From: Omnitrophica bacterium GWA2_41_15
GTDB taxonomy: Bacteria > Omnitrophota > Gorgyraeia > Gygaellales > UBA12090
Assembly: GCA_919902675.1 (NCBI GenBank)
Contig: CAKKRH010000020.1
Span: 5,110 to 69,109 of the forward strand
Reading direction: 5' to 3'
Length of the DNA: 64,000 nt
The notes below the pieces were generated by a model, which saw nothing but the letters and a program-made list of their open reading frames with translations, had not been told where the DNA came from and searched no databases. Made by a program: the position numbers and the translations under genes. Numbering within the stretch: position 1 is the stretch's first letter; the number at the start of each line of letters is the position of its first letter. Below are positions 33,611 through 44,063 of the stretch, piece by piece.

Positions 33611-35908
33611 ATGTCAGTAAAGCTCTCGGAAAACGCGCTCAAGGTTTTGGAGCGGCGTTATCTAAAAAAGGATTCAAGCGGTAAGGTGGTTGAGTCGTCT
33701 GATGACCTCTTTCGCCGGGTGGCCGCGACCATTGCCGGGGTAGAAAAGGCCTACGGCAGGAATGAATTCCAGATAAAAGACCTGGAGAATAAGTTCTACG
33801 AGATGATGGCCGGCCTTGAGTTTATGCCTAATTCCCCAACGCTAATGAACGCCGGAAGAGAGCTTTCCCAGTTATCGGCTTGTTTTGTCCTCCCTATCGA
33901 GGATTCGATGGAGTCTATTTTTGAGAGCCTTAAAGCCACAGCCCTGATACATAAGTCCGGGGGAGGGACTGGGTTTTCTTTTTCCAAACTCAGGGCTAAA
34001 AATAGCATGGTCCTTTCTACCGGAGGCATTGCCTCGGGCCCGGTTTCCTTTATGAAGGTTTACGACGCGGCTACTCAGGCGGTCAAGCAGGGAGGCACCC
34101 GTCGGGGCGCGAATATGGGGATACTGCGGATTGACCATCCGGACATATTGGAGTTTATCCAGTGCAAGGATACGGATAAAGAGATTACCAATTTTAATAT
34201 ATCGGTGGCCATAACCGAAGATTTTATGCGCAAGTTGGAAAAGGGTGAGGATTACGATTTGATTGATCCGCATACCAAGGCCCCGGTGAAACAGCTTAAT
34301 ACTAAATATGTCTTTGACCTGATTATCAAGCAAGCCCATAAGAATGGCGAACCAGGAGTTATTTTCATAGACCGAATGAATCAATTTAATCCTACGCCAA
34401 AATTAGGAAGCTATGAGGCTACTAATCCTTGCGGGGAACAGGTGCTTTTACCTTATGAGTCCTGCAACCTGGGGTCAATAAATCTAGAGAAGATTATTTT
34501 GAGCAAAGATGATCGGACGGAGGTTGATTGGCAGAAGCTGAAGGCGGTTACCCATCTGGCGGTGCAGTTTTTGGATAATGTCATTGACGCTAATAAATTC
34601 CCCCTCCTTGAGATTGAGAAAATGACCCGCTCTAACCGTAAGATAGGCCTGGGGGTAATGGGCTGGGCCAGCCTTTTGTGCCGGCTAGGTGTCCCCTATA
34701 ATTCCGAGGAGGCTTTGGCTTTGGCGGAAAAGGTGATGGCCTTTATCTGGAATGAGGCGCGCAAAAAGTCTGAGGAGTTGGCCAAGACTAAGGGAGTCTT
34801 CCCTTCTTTTAAAGGCAGCGCACTGGATAAGCCCGCTTCGCCGCGTCTGCGCAATGCCACCTTGACCACTATCGCTCCCACTGGCACCATCAGCATTATT
34901 GCTGGTCCGTGTTCTTCGGGGATTGAGCCGCTGTTCGCCATTTCCTATTACCGAATGGTGATGGATCAGGATAAATTGGTGGAGGTGGATCCGGTATTTA
35001 AGGAGATAGCCAAGAAAAGGGGTTTTTACTCCCAGGAATTGATGTCTAGGATAGCCGAGAAAGGCTGTATCCAGCAGATAGCCGAGGTCCCCGAAGATAT
35101 AAAGAAGGTCTTTGTGGTCGCCCATGATATCGCTCCCGAGTGGCACATCCGGATGCAGGCGGCCTTTCAGAAATATACCGATAACGCCACCTCCAAAACT
35201 ATCAATATGCCTCATGAAGCCTCTCTGGAGGATGTCTGCCAGGCCTATTTGATGGCTTATAATCTGGGGTGTAAAGGGATTACCATATATCGCGATCGTT
35301 CCCGGGAAGATCAAGTGTTGAACATTGAGCGAAAAGGAGCCAAGATGGAGAAAAAGGACATCTCTGAGCCGCAGAAATACGAATCCGGCGCGGATATGAT
35401 TGCCCCTCGGCCCAGACCGGAAGTAGTAATGGGAACCACTACTAAAGTAGCTACCGGATGCGGCAATCTTTATGTAACTATAAATTCTGACGAAGAGGAA
35501 ATGCCTTTTGAGGTTTTTACCCAGATGGGTAAGGCCGGCGGCTGTGCCGCCAGCCAGTTAGAGGCGATTGGCCGGTTGGTATCGCTCGCCTTTCGCTCCG
35601 GGATTGAGGTTAAGGCGATAATTGAGCAATTGCGCAATATCCGCTGCCCTTCGCCTTCCTGGGAAAAAGGGGTGCGGATTTTTTCCTGCGCCGACGCTAT
35701 TGCCCGGGTGGTTGAGAAGAGGCTTTTGAATATCGGCACCGCGCACAAACACAGGGAGATTTCCTCCAGGGCCACTAAAGCTGAAGAACATTTAATTGAA
35801 CAGAATATTACTTCTAATATAATCGGAGTTTGCCCTGACTGCGGCGGAGCCCTTCGCCACGAAGAAAGCTGTGTCAAGTGTCAGTCCTGCGGGTATTCTA
35901 AGTGCTAA
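33611..35908 (+). CDS. nrdJ: Class II (adenosylcobalamin-dependent) ribonucleotide reductase
   Basis: 'MPNSPTLMNAG', 'CFVLPIEDSMESIF', 'GGGTGFSFS', 'NPCGEQVLLPYESCNLGSINL', and a C-terminal Cys-rich tail 'CPDCGG...CVKCQSCGYSKC'. Confidence 0.9.
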   Translation: MSVKLSENALKVLERRYLKKDSSGKVVESSDDLFRRVAATIAGVEKAYGRNEFQIKDLENKFYEMMAGLEFMPNSPTLMNAGRELSQLSACFVLPIEDSMESIFESLKATALIHKSGGGTGFSFSKLRAKNSMVLSTGGIASGPVSFMKVYDAATQAVKQGGTRRGANMGILRIDHPDILEFIQCKDTDKEITNFNISVAITEDFMRKLEKGEDYDLIDPHTKAPVKQLNTKYVFDLIIKQAHKNGEPGVIFIDRMNQFNPTPKLGSYEATNPCGEQVLLPYESCNLGSINLEKIILSKDDRTEVDWQKLKAVTHLAVQFLDNVIDANKFPLLEIEKMTRSNRKIGLGVMGWASLLCRLGVPYNSEEALALAEKVMAFIWNEARKKSEELAKTKGVFPSFKGSALDKPASPRLRNATLTTIAPTGTISIIAGPCSSGIEPLFAISYYRMVMDQDKLVEVDPVFKEIAKKRGFYSQELMSRIAEKGCIQQIAEVPEDIKKVFVVAHDIAPEWHIRMQAAFQKYTDNATSKTINMPHEASLEDVCQAYLMAYNLGCKGITIYRDRSREDQVLNIERKGAKMEKKDISEPQKYESGADMIAPRPRPEVVMGTTTKVATGCGNLYVTINSDEEEMPFEVFTQMGKAGGCAASQLEAIGRLVSLAFRSGIEVKAIIEQLRNIRCPSPSWEKGVRIFSCADAIARVVEKRLLNIGTAHKHREISSRATKAEEHLIEQNITSNIIGVCPDCGGALRHEESCVKCQSCGYSKC

Positions 35909-35913
35909 TAAAA

Positions 35914-35950
35914 AGCGCTGAACTTACGCGGAATATATCAAGCGTAGTTT
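35914..35950. repeat. Degenerate copy of the 'gctgaact.cgcgg / gcgtagtt' word palindrome
   Basis: 'agcgctgaacttacgcggaatatatcaagcgtagttt' directly after the nrdJ stop. Confidence 0.45.
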
Positions 35951-35962
35951 AGGGATAATTAT

Positions 35963-37246
35963 ATGAAAAAAATATTATATGTTGTATTGGACGGATTGGG
36001 GGATTTACCGATAAAAGAACTGGGGGATAAGACGCCTTTAGAGGCGGCGTTAACACCCAATATGGATAAGCTGGCCCAAAAGGGAAAGACCGGCATAGTC
36101 TATCCGGTAGCTAAGGGAATCGCCCCGGAATCGGATGTGGCGGTAATTTGCCTGTTGGGCTATGACGCTCATAAATATTATACCGGCCGCGGCCCTCTGG
36201 AATCGTATGCCGAGGGATTAGAAATCCATGACGGCGATTTAGCGCTACGGGTTAATTTCGCGACTGTGGATAAAGACGGTAAAACTATTCTTGACCGCCG
36301 GGTGGGAAGGAACCTTGCTACCGAGGAAGCCAAGGAATTAGCCCAGGAAATAAATTCTAAGGTAATTTTAAGTTCCGGAACCTTTGAATTTCGCAGTACC
36401 ATCGGACATCGGGGGGTTTTGGTTATTCGAAGCCAGCGCGGCCGTTTATCCGGCTGGATTACCAATCCTGACCCGGCTTATGGCCGGGAAGGGGTATTTG
36501 GAGTGGCCTTAGAGAAGTTTCCTAATACCATTCAGGAATCAAAACCGGTTGAAGGCCATGAAAATGACCCCAAGGCGGTTGAGGCAGCCAAACTGATTAA
36601 TGAATTCACCCAAAAGGTTTTTCATGTCCTTCAGGAGACTAAGGTTAATAAAAGACGCGTTTCTGAAGGTAAAATGCCTGGTAATGCTATTGTTTCCCGT
36701 GATGCCGGGGATTGTCTACCTAAGTTTCCTTCTTTTACAAAAGCCAACGGCCTGAGGTTTGGTTCTTTTGTCCAGATGCCGGTGGAAAAAGGGATTGCCC
36801 TTTTAACAGGGATTGATGTAGTGAATTTACCCTTATCCACGGGAAATTCGGAAATAGATTATCCTTTGTGGGCGGAGACTGCCGTTAAAAAGAGTAAAGA
36901 TTTTGACGGCCTGTATATCCATATCAAAGGCCCGGATGAACCGGCCCACGACGGTAATTTTAACAAGAAAAAGGCCTCAATTGAAGAAATAGATAAGTTT
37001 TTCTTCGGCAGCCTCCTGCCCAAGATTGATTTGAACGATTTCATCATTGCGATAACCGCGGACCATTCTACCCCCTGCAAGCTCAAAAGCCACTCGGCTG
37101 ACCCTGTGCCGCTTTTAGCTGTCGGCGGCAATATCAAGCCCGACGGCTCTTTGAGCTTCTCCGAAAAGACCGCCAAGCTCGGCTCAATAGGCGAACTCAC
37201 CGGCCAGGAAATTTTGCCTTTCCTTGTGCAACACGCTAAAAAATAG
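35963..37246 (+). CDS. apgM: Cofactor-independent phosphoglycerate mutase, archaeal-type
   Basis: 'ILYVVLDGLGDLP', 'TPNMDKLA', 'PESDVAVICLLGYD', 'ITADHSTPC'. Confidence 0.8.
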   Translation: MKKILYVVLDGLGDLPIKELGDKTPLEAALTPNMDKLAQKGKTGIVYPVAKGIAPESDVAVICLLGYDAHKYYTGRGPLESYAEGLEIHDGDLALRVNFATVDKDGKTILDRRVGRNLATEEAKELAQEINSKVILSSGTFEFRSTIGHRGVLVIRSQRGRLSGWITNPDPAYGREGVFGVALEKFPNTIQESKPVEGHENDPKAVEAAKLINEFTQKVFHVLQETKVNKRRVSEGKMPGNAIVSRDAGDCLPKFPSFTKANGLRFGSFVQMPVEKGIALLTGIDVVNLPLSTGNSEIDYPLWAETAVKKSKDFDGLYIHIKGPDEPAHDGNFNKKKASIEEIDKFFFGSLLPKIDLNDFIIAITADHSTPCKLKSHSADPVPLLAVGGNIKPDGSLSFSEKTAKLGSIGELTGQEILPFLVQHAKK

Positions 37247-37307
37247 GGACACATCCCATTTTTTCACAAGGTAAGGAAAGGAAAAATGGGATGTGTCCCT
37301 ATTTTTT
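37238..37307. repeat. REP/BIME-like inverted doublet, copy 1 (may also act as a bidirectional terminator)
   Basis: Perfect 26-nt arms 'aaaaaatagggacacatcccattttt' and 'aaaaatgggatgtgtccctatttttt'. Each arm contains its own small hairpin (ggga-caca-tccc). Overlaps the apgM stop and ends 7 nt before the RayT-like ATG. Confidence 0.8.
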
Positions 37308-37314
37308 ATAAAGT

Positions 37315-38019
37315 ATGCCCCGTATTGCAAGAGTCGTTGCCGCTGATTATCCCCACCATATTATCCAAAGAGGCAATAACCGCCAGTTGGTATTTTTTGA
37401 TGATGCCGATAGGCAGTTGTATTTAAAACTATTAAGAAAGTATAGCTTGGAATGCGGTTGCAGAGTAAAAGCATACTGTCTTATGGACAACCACGTTCAT
37501 CTTTTGCTGGTTCCTCTTGAAGGCGTGGCGCTTGCCAAAACAATGCAAAAGCTGAGCTTGACCTTTACTCAACATATAAACAAGAAATATAAGAGGACAG
37601 GCCGGTTATGGGAATGCAGGTTTCATTCTTGTTTGGTGGATAAAGATGTTTATTTGTGGGCTGTATGCAAATATATAGAGAGGAATCCGGTGCGCGCGGG
37701 AATCGTTGTTTATCCGCAGGAATATTCCTGGTCGAGCGCAAGAATTAGCACTGCTTTAAATTGCCAGAATAACTGGGTAGAGCCTGTCTGGAAGGATTAT
37801 CTGGGAAGCAGAGAAGAGTATGCTAAATTCTTGAATCAGGCAGAATTAGAAAAAGAGTTGGAAGAAATGCAGAAAGCTGTTTTTAGCGGAAAGCCTATCG
37901 GCACAGAGCAGTTTCTAGAGATGATGCATAAACAACAGGCAGGAATTAATATGGCGATTCGTGCGGTAGGAAGGCCAAGGAAACACGGAAGAGCCAGTGT
38001 TTCTCCTTTAAGAAAATGA
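37315..38019 (+). CDS. REP-associated tyrosine transposase-like protein (IS200/IS605 Y1 HUH family)
   Basis: 'DYPHHIIQRGNNRQ', HUH motif 'DNHVHLLL', catalytic-Tyr region 'CKYIERNPVRAGIV'. No TnpB partner present. Confidence 0.8.
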   Translation: MPRIARVVAADYPHHIIQRGNNRQLVFFDDADRQLYLKLLRKYSLECGCRVKAYCLMDNHVHLLLVPLEGVALAKTMQKLSLTFTQHINKKYKRTGRLWECRFHSCLVDKDVYLWAVCKYIERNPVRAGIVVYPQEYSWSSARISTALNCQNNWVEPVWKDYLGSREEYAKFLNQAELEKELEEMQKAVFSGKPIGTEQFLEMMHKQQAGINMAIRAVGRPRKHGRASVSPLRK

Positions 38020-38945
38020 TTAAGACTAAAACCCTGTTTATCCTAGGGGCTGGAGCAAGTAAACCTTTTGGTTACCCTACCGGAATTGAATTGCGAGAAA
38101 TGATTCTTAGAAGGTCTGTGTTGCCCGAAGTAGTCAGCGCGTTAACACCCATAAATGAACAATCTAAAGAGTATGAGAATAGTGCTCTGAATTTTATCAG
38201 CGAATTTTCAAAAAGCAGTGTTTATTCAATCGACTATTTCTTGGAGAAACGGACTGAATTTACGGAGATAGGTAAAATGTCAATAGCGGCTTGTTTGATT
38301 GGTTATGAGAATGATCAGGAGCTTAGAAAGCACTCAAATGGCAACTGGTATATGTATTTATATGATAGGCTTAAATCATCATTTGAAGATTTCGATAAAA
38401 ACAATATTTCTTTTATCACGTTTAATTATGATAGATCACTTGAGCAATTTTTCTATAATGCCTTAAAGAGCACTTTTAACAAATCTGACCAGGAATGCGC
38501 GGCTAAGCTTAAGAAAATCCCGATTGTTCACCTTTACGGGTATATAGGTTTATTGCCATGGCAGCCTCAAGATGTTAATAATGAGGTTTGTTTTTCGTAT
38601 ACGCAGGAAGTTTCTAAACAGCGTCTCCGGGATGCGTTGAAAACTCTTAAATTGATTGGTTCTGAGAGAAGGATTGAAGATAGAGATGAATTTAAAGTAG
38701 CGAATAAATTAATAGAATCCGCGCAAAGAGTTTATTTTATAGGTTTTGGCTTTGATGAAATCAATTTGGAGCGGCTAGACATTAAGTTAATGAGTGGAAA
38801 ACCCTTAATAGGTACTGCTTACGGATTAGAAATATCTAAGCAGCGATGGGTAAAGCAATGTTTTAAGGATAGGGCGAATTCAGAGATTTTCTTATTTGAG
38901 AAAGATGTTTTGTCTTTACTAAAAGACGATCTTAAATATGAATAA
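38016..38945 (+). CDS. SIR2-like (SIR2_2-type) protein, possible NAD-consuming effector
   Basis: '[17 protein letters not shown]', '[11 protein letters not shown]' (compare the TTNYD.L.E motif), 'IVHLYGYIG', '[14 protein letters not shown]'. ATGA overlap with the upstream Y1 gene. Sampled 60-nt lines give 23% and 45% GC versus visibly higher GC in mnmG. Confidence 0.55.
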   Translation: MIKTKTLFILGAGASKPFGYPTGIELREMILRRSVLPEVVSALTPINEQSKEYENSALNFISEFSKSSVYSIDYFLEKRTEFTEIGKMSIAACLIGYENDQELRKHSNGNWYMYLYDRLKSSFEDFDKNNISFITFNYDRSLEQFFYNALKSTFNKSDQECAAKLKKIPIVHLYGYIGLLPWQPQDVNNEVCFSYTQEVSKQRLRDALKTLKLIGSERRIEDRDEFKVANKLIESAQRVYFIGFGFDEINLERLDIKLMSGKPLIGTAYGLEISKQRWVKQCFKDRANSEIFLFEKDVLSLLKDDLKYE

Positions 38946-38989
38946 GTTTTGAATTTGAAAATTATATTGGGGTTAAATATAGCTGTATT

Positions 38990-40873
38990 ATGAAAAAGTA
39001 TGACATCATTGTAGTCGGCGCCGGCCATGCCGGGATTGAAGCCGGTTTGTCTGCCAGCCGCATGGGCTGTGAGGTTTTACTGATTACTATGCGCTTAGAA
39101 GCAATCGGCCATATGAGTTGTAATCCGGCCATCGGCGGGGTAGGCAAGGGCCAATTAGTTAAGGAGATTGACGCTCTGGGCGGGGAGATGGCTAAAGCCG
39201 CGGATGCCTGCGGTATACAATTTCGGGTGTTAAACAGCTCTAAAGGCCCGGCAGTGCAGTCATCCCGGGCCCAGGAAGACAGGCACCGCTATAAGGCTTA
39301 TATGAAAAGCGTTATCAAAAGACAGAAAGGCCTTAAGATAAAACAAGGAGAGGTTATCGAGCTATTAGTCAAAGATAATACTGTTTACGGAGTGAAATTA
39401 GCCGGTGGTGAAAGTATTTTAGGAAAGGCTGTTGTGGTTACTCCAGGCACATTCCTTAATGGCTTAATGCATATTGGCTTGGAACATACTCCGGGTGGAA
39501 GGATCGGTGAGCCGCCTTCAGTAGGTTTAGCCGGGTCGCTTAAGAATTTAGGCTTTAACATCTTGCGTTTTAAAACCGGAACCTGCGCCCGCTTGGATTG
39601 CCGCAGTATAAACTTTAAGAAATTACAGATTCAGGAAGGCGATAAAGAGCCTCGCTTGTTTTCTTTTTCCACTAGAAAACTTAAACTCAAGCAAGTTCCC
39701 TGCTACATTACTCATACCAATGAAAAAACCCACGAAATCATCCGCTCCGGGCTTGACCGTTCTCCTCTTTATACCGGAAAAATCAAGGCTACCGGGGTGC
39801 GCTATTGCCCGTCAATAGAAGATAAAATCGTTAAATTCGCGGATAAAGAGCGCCATCAGGTATTTTTAGAGCCGGAAGGTTTAGATACTATTGAGTATTA
39901 TCCTAACGGCGTTTCTACCAGCCTGCCTTTGGATATCCAAATGAAGATGCTGCGTTCAATTGAAGGCTTAGAAAATGTGGAGATAACCAAGCCGGGTTAC
40001 GGCATTGAGCATGATGTGGTTGATCCCTTAGAGCTTTATCCGACCTTAGAAACTAAACGCGTGCGTAATCTCTATCTGGCCGGTCAAATTAACGGCACTA
40101 CCGGTTATGAAGAAGCCGCGGCTCAAGGTTTAATTGCCGGGATTAACGCGGCCTTAAGGCTTAAGGGTAAGCCTCCGCTTGTCTTAGACCGCGCCAGCAG
40201 CTATATCGGAGTTTTGATTGATGATTTAACTACTAAAGGCACAAATGAGCCGTATCGGATGTTTACCTCCCGGGTGGAATACCGCCTGCTTATCCGCGAG
40301 GATAACGCGGACCTGCGCCTGCGTAAAATCGGCTATGAAATCGGGCTTATCAAAGAGAGTGAATTCAAAAAGGCGCAAAAGAAGGAAAAAGAAATACAGG
40401 AGGGGATTGCCTATTTAAGGAAAACAAGCGTTTTTCCGACAACAGAGGTGAATAAAATCCTTCAGGGGTTAAACACCGCGGTGATACATAAGAAAATAAC
40501 TCTTGAGAATTTGCTGAAACGCCCGCAGATAGATATTGCTTTCTTAAAGGATTTTTGCAGTATCAATCTTAGGAATGGCGCGGCAAGACAGATAGAAATC
40601 GAAGTAAAGTATGGGGGTTTTATCCAGCGCCAGCTTAAAGAGGTGGAGAGGTTTAAGAATCTGGAAAAGATAAAGCTTCCGCAGGATTTGGATTATATGG
40701 CGATCCCCAGCCTGTCCCGCGAAATCAAAGAGAAGCTTATTAAAGGCAGGCCCCTTACTTTAGGCCAGGCCTCGCGGATTTCCGGGGTGACCCCGGTCGC
40801 GATTTCGGTATTGATGATCTGGCTGAAGAAGAAAGGATCTATCGGTGAAGATACTGGTGGTAGAGGACAATAA
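38990..40873 (+). CDS. mnmG: tRNA uridine-5-carboxymethylaminomethyl modification enzyme
   Basis: '[16 protein letters not shown]', '[23 protein letters not shown]', 'RYCPSIEDK', '[18 protein letters not shown]'. Confidence 0.95.
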   Translation: MKKYDIIVVGAGHAGIEAGLSASRMGCEVLLITMRLEAIGHMSCNPAIGGVGKGQLVKEIDALGGEMAKAADACGIQFRVLNSSKGPAVQSSRAQEDRHRYKAYMKSVIKRQKGLKIKQGEVIELLVKDNTVYGVKLAGGESILGKAVVVTPGTFLNGLMHIGLEHTPGGRIGEPPSVGLAGSLKNLGFNILRFKTGTCARLDCRSINFKKLQIQEGDKEPRLFSFSTRKLKLKQVPCYITHTNEKTHEIIRSGLDRSPLYTGKIKATGVRYCPSIEDKIVKFADKERHQVFLEPEGLDTIEYYPNGVSTSLPLDIQMKMLRSIEGLENVEITKPGYGIEHDVVDPLELYPTLETKRVRNLYLAGQINGTTGYEEAAAQGLIAGINAALRLKGKPPLVLDRASSYIGVLIDDLTTKGTNEPYRMFTSRVEYRLLIREDNADLRLRKIGYEIGLIKESEFKKAQKKEKEIQEGIAYLRKTSVFPTTEVNKILQGLNTAVIHKKITLENLLKRPQIDIAFLKDFCSINLRNGAARQIEIEVKYGGFIQRQLKEVERFKNLEKIKLPQDLDYMAIPSLSREIKEKLIKGRPLTLGQASRISGVTPVAISVLMIWLKKKGSIGEDTGGRGQ

Positions 40874-41522
40874 AGACATTCAGAAGCTCCTGCGCCTGAA
40901 TCTCATCCAGGAGAATTTTGAGGTCATCCAGGCCTTTGATGGAGAAGAAGGCCTGTCTTTGGCTAAAGAGTCAAGCCCGGATTTGATACTCCTGGATATA
41001 AACCTGCCCAAGATAAACGGCATAGAGCTCTGCCGGCAGTTAAAAAGCAATCCCGCCTTAAGGCATATCCCGATTCTTATCCTTACCGTAAGAAAAGAAG
41101 AAGTAGACCGGATTATCGGATTTGAATTGGGGGCCGAAGATTATGTAGCCAAGCCCTTTAGCCCCAGAGAGCTGATCTTAAGGATAAAGGCGATACTCCG
41201 GCGCCAGGACAAACCGCAAGGGTTTTTAAGGCTTGAGGCCGGGGACTTAAGCCTGGATGAGAACAGCTTTGAGGTAAAGGTGGCCGGCAAGGTTAAGCCG
41301 CTTACCTCTACCGAGTTCAAACTCCTGAAATATCTTATGTTGAATAAGGGGCGGCTTTTGAGTCGGGAAAACCTATTACATAATGTCTGGGGATACAATC
41401 ACGAGATAGACAGCCGCACCGTGGATGCCCACATAAAGAGCCTGCGCAGGAAAATACCCTCCAGAAAGGTCAAGATCGCCACGATTATAGGTATGGGCTA
41501 CAAGCTTAGCGAAGATGTTTAA
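40845..41522 (+). CDS. OmpR-family response regulator
   Basis: Receiver 'ILVVEDNKD...[10 protein letters not shown]' plus a winged-helix C-terminus '[13 protein letters not shown]'. GTG start overlaps the mnmG end. Confidence 0.85.
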   Translation: MKILVVEDNKDIQKLLRLNLIQENFEVIQAFDGEEGLSLAKESSPDLILLDINLPKINGIELCRQLKSNPALRHIPILILTVRKEEVDRIIGFELGAEDYVAKPFSPRELILRIKAILRRQDKPQGFLRLEAGDLSLDENSFEVKVAGKVKPLTSTEFKLLKYLMLNKGRLLSRENLLHNVWGYNHEIDSRTVDAHIKSLRRKIPSRKVKIATIIGMGYKLSEDV

Positions 41523-42918
41523 GCACCTGCGCAACAAAATACTTTTTTCTTATTTTCTGGTGCTTTTGTTGTGTTTTATGGTGGTCCTGATTACCACTTC
41601 CCTGTTTATCCGCCGGACATATTTTTCCTACGCCCTCCATGACCTAAGCGATGACGCCGGTCTGTTCATTGATGAATTTACTAGAGAGGCCATTCTTGCC
41701 AAGGATTCGGTTTTGCTTAAGAAGATACTGGCCAAGGCCGAGGATAATTATACGATAGATATCCTGGATGTTTCAGCCGTGGTCCTGGGGAGTTCGCAAA
41801 AGGCCTCCGGTTCCCTGCCGCAGGAGGCCATAGGCCGTCGGGATGAGTTCCAGATTATCCCTTCCCGGGGTTACGGATACAGCTTAAGAGAGGCCCAAAA
41901 CGGCGTAAAGACAATCTATGTGGTCCTGCCGGTTGAAAAAGATGGGGCGGGAATAGGCTTTGTCCGGATCTCCACCCCTTTAGTCTATATTGAGAAAACC
42001 ATCTCCAGGCTGAATGTCTATGTGATCATCATCTTTGTTTTGGCAATGGCGGTTTCATCTTTGTTAAGCTTTATCCTGGCCAGGAACCTGTCTTCGCCCC
42101 TCCTGAAAATGGCTGAAGCAGCCAGGGAGATCTCCAGCGGCAACCTTCAGGGCCGGGTAGAGATAAAAAAGAGGCAGGATGAGATAGGCCTCCTGGTCCA
42201 GGCCTTTAACGAGATGATAGAAAGGCTTAAAATAGTACGGGAGGAAAGGAAGAATATCCTAAGTAATATTTCGCATGAATTGCTCACCCCGATCACCAAT
42301 ATCCGGGGGTTTGCCGAGACCCTTTACGAAGGCAGGCTTAAGGATAAAAAAGAGATTGAGGAGTGCATTGAGGTGATTAAGCGGGAGTCTGATTACCTGG
42401 AGGGCCTGATAGAGGAACTGCGCCTGCTTTCCCGGCTGGACTCCTTGTCAATGCGCTATGACTTCCAGCCATTACAGGTTAGCGAGGTGGTCCTGGAGGC
42501 GGAAAAATCGCTTTCGCTAAAGGCGCTTGCCAAAAGGATAAGCATACATAACGACTTTATGCCGGATTGTCCTTTGGTAAAGGCCGATTATAAGGCCTTG
42601 CGCCAGGTTTTTATCAACCTCCTGGATAATGCCCTCAAGTATTCTTATCCTGATCAAGAGGTGCGGGTTTCGTTAGAGAGGGCGGATAGATTTTTAAAGA
42701 TATCGGTTGCCGATAAAGGCATCGGTATCGCGGAGCAGGACCAGGAAAAAATCTTTGAGCGTTTTTACCGGATTGAGGACCCCCGGCACAGCGAAAAAGG
42801 CTTAGGCCTGGGCCTGGCGATTGTCAAAGAAATCCTCTCCTCACACCGCGCGCTTATAGAAGTAAAAAGTTCACCTTCCCAAGGCGCGGAATTCATCATC
42901 AGCTTTCCGTTAGCCTGA
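41515..42918 (+). CDS. Sensor histidine kinase (TM, HAMP, HisKA, HATPase)
   Basis: H-box 'SNISHELLTPITNIRGF', N-box 'LDNALKYS', G-box 'GLGLGLAIVKEI'. 8-nt overlap with the regulator. Confidence 0.85.
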   Translation: MFKHLRNKILFSYFLVLLLCFMVVLITTSLFIRRTYFSYALHDLSDDAGLFIDEFTREAILAKDSVLLKKILAKAEDNYTIDILDVSAVVLGSSQKASGSLPQEAIGRRDEFQIIPSRGYGYSLREAQNGVKTIYVVLPVEKDGAGIGFVRISTPLVYIEKTISRLNVYVIIIFVLAMAVSSLLSFILARNLSSPLLKMAEAAREISSGNLQGRVEIKKRQDEIGLLVQAFNEMIERLKIVREERKNILSNISHELLTPITNIRGFAETLYEGRLKDKKEIEECIEVIKRESDYLEGLIEELRLLSRLDSLSMRYDFQPLQVSEVVLEAEKSLSLKALAKRISIHNDFMPDCPLVKADYKALRQVFINLLDNALKYSYPDQEVRVSLERADRFLKISVADKGIGIAEQDQEKIFERFYRIEDPRHSEKGLGLGLAIVKEILSSHRALIEVKSSPSQGAEFIISFPLA

Positions 42919-42986
42919 TTCTCCCTTCACATAAATTTTACAGAGAATTCCTTGGGGTTTCATAGGCCTTTGGTAGAATCCCCCTT

Positions 42987-44063
42987 ATGCTTAATCATAT
43001 AGAAGAGCTATGGGCGAAGGCCGGATTGCTTAAGGAATCCTTTGAGGAATACAGCCTTTGCGCCTCCGGGGTTTATTCCAAGGCGCAAGAGCTGGTCCGC
43101 TGTCCCGAAGATGTCCCGGCGGAATTTAGGGTTTCCTGCCTGCCTGTGCCGGCGGAATTTTTTTCTTTAAGGAAGAATCTCTTTTCCACATTGTTCCAGT
43201 CGGTATACCGGATTTTGGGGGTTAAAGAGGAGAGGCGCCGTCTTTACGGAGGGCTGAACCATCTTTTCCGGGTATGGGTAACTTCGGCGGACAATCTTCT
43301 GGATGGCGAAGACAAGATAACCCTGCCCCTGAAGATGCCGGGAGAATCCCGGATTATGCGCCAGGTAATTTCCATAATGGCCGCGGACCGGATAATGAAG
43401 CGGATGTTGGATGAAGCGCAAGGTAAGGCCGTTATCACAAGAGAGGAATCGTCTATTCTTTCTGAGCGGTCGCTCCAGATACTCCTTCCCAGCGCCGCGG
43501 AAGAGGCTTCCGAGGAAGGGGGGATCTGGCGAAGGCCGCATCCGGATTATGTGCTGAATACCATCCACAAGCTCAAGACTGGACTGCTTTTTCATATCCC
43601 TTTCCTGGGGCCGGAGGCGATAGAGGCAGGTATGGACACAGATAAGCTCTTTGCCTGTAAGGAAGGCCTGGCAAGATTCGGGCTGGGCTGTCAGCTCCTG
43701 GATGATATCCGGGATATGGCCGGGGATTATCTGGAAAAAAGGCATAATTATGTCCTGTCCTGGATTTTCTGGAAAGAGCGCTCCGGGGACATAGAACTGC
43801 TTAAGGAATTAGAAAAGGATATGCGCATCCAGGATAAGATTTTCCCGTATTTTAAGGGGGCAGTCCCTGCCGCGGCGGATTTGGCCGGGGATTTACTGCT
43901 GGATGGGCTTACTATCCTGGATAAACGCGGATTGGGTCTGGGCGAATATGCCATAAAGCGTATGGCCTTGTCTATGTTTAAGGTTTTGGATGTGGGAGAA
44001 TTGGCAAAATGCAGACTTCAGGCCGCACCCTTGACTATGCAGCCGGCGTTTATGACTTCTTAA
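42987..44063 (+). CDS. Hypothetical protein, possible class I isoprenoid synthase fold
   Basis: 'GCQLLDDIRDMAGD' resembles the second Asp-rich motif of polyprenyl synthases. The first motif is degenerate ('SADNLLDGED'). Confidence 0.35.
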   Translation: MLNHIEELWAKAGLLKESFEEYSLCASGVYSKAQELVRCPEDVPAEFRVSCLPVPAEFFSLRKNLFSTLFQSVYRILGVKEERRRLYGGLNHLFRVWVTSADNLLDGEDKITLPLKMPGESRIMRQVISIMAADRIMKRMLDEAQGKAVITREESSILSERSLQILLPSAAEEASEEGGIWRRPHPDYVLNTIHKLKTGLLFHIPFLGPEAIEAGMDTDKLFACKEGLARFGLGCQLLDDIRDMAGDYLEKRHNYVLSWIFWKERSGDIELLKELEKDMRIQDKIFPYFKGAVPAAADLAGDLLLDGLTILDKRGLGLGEYAIKRMALSMFKVLDVGELAKCRLQAAPLTMQPAFMTS

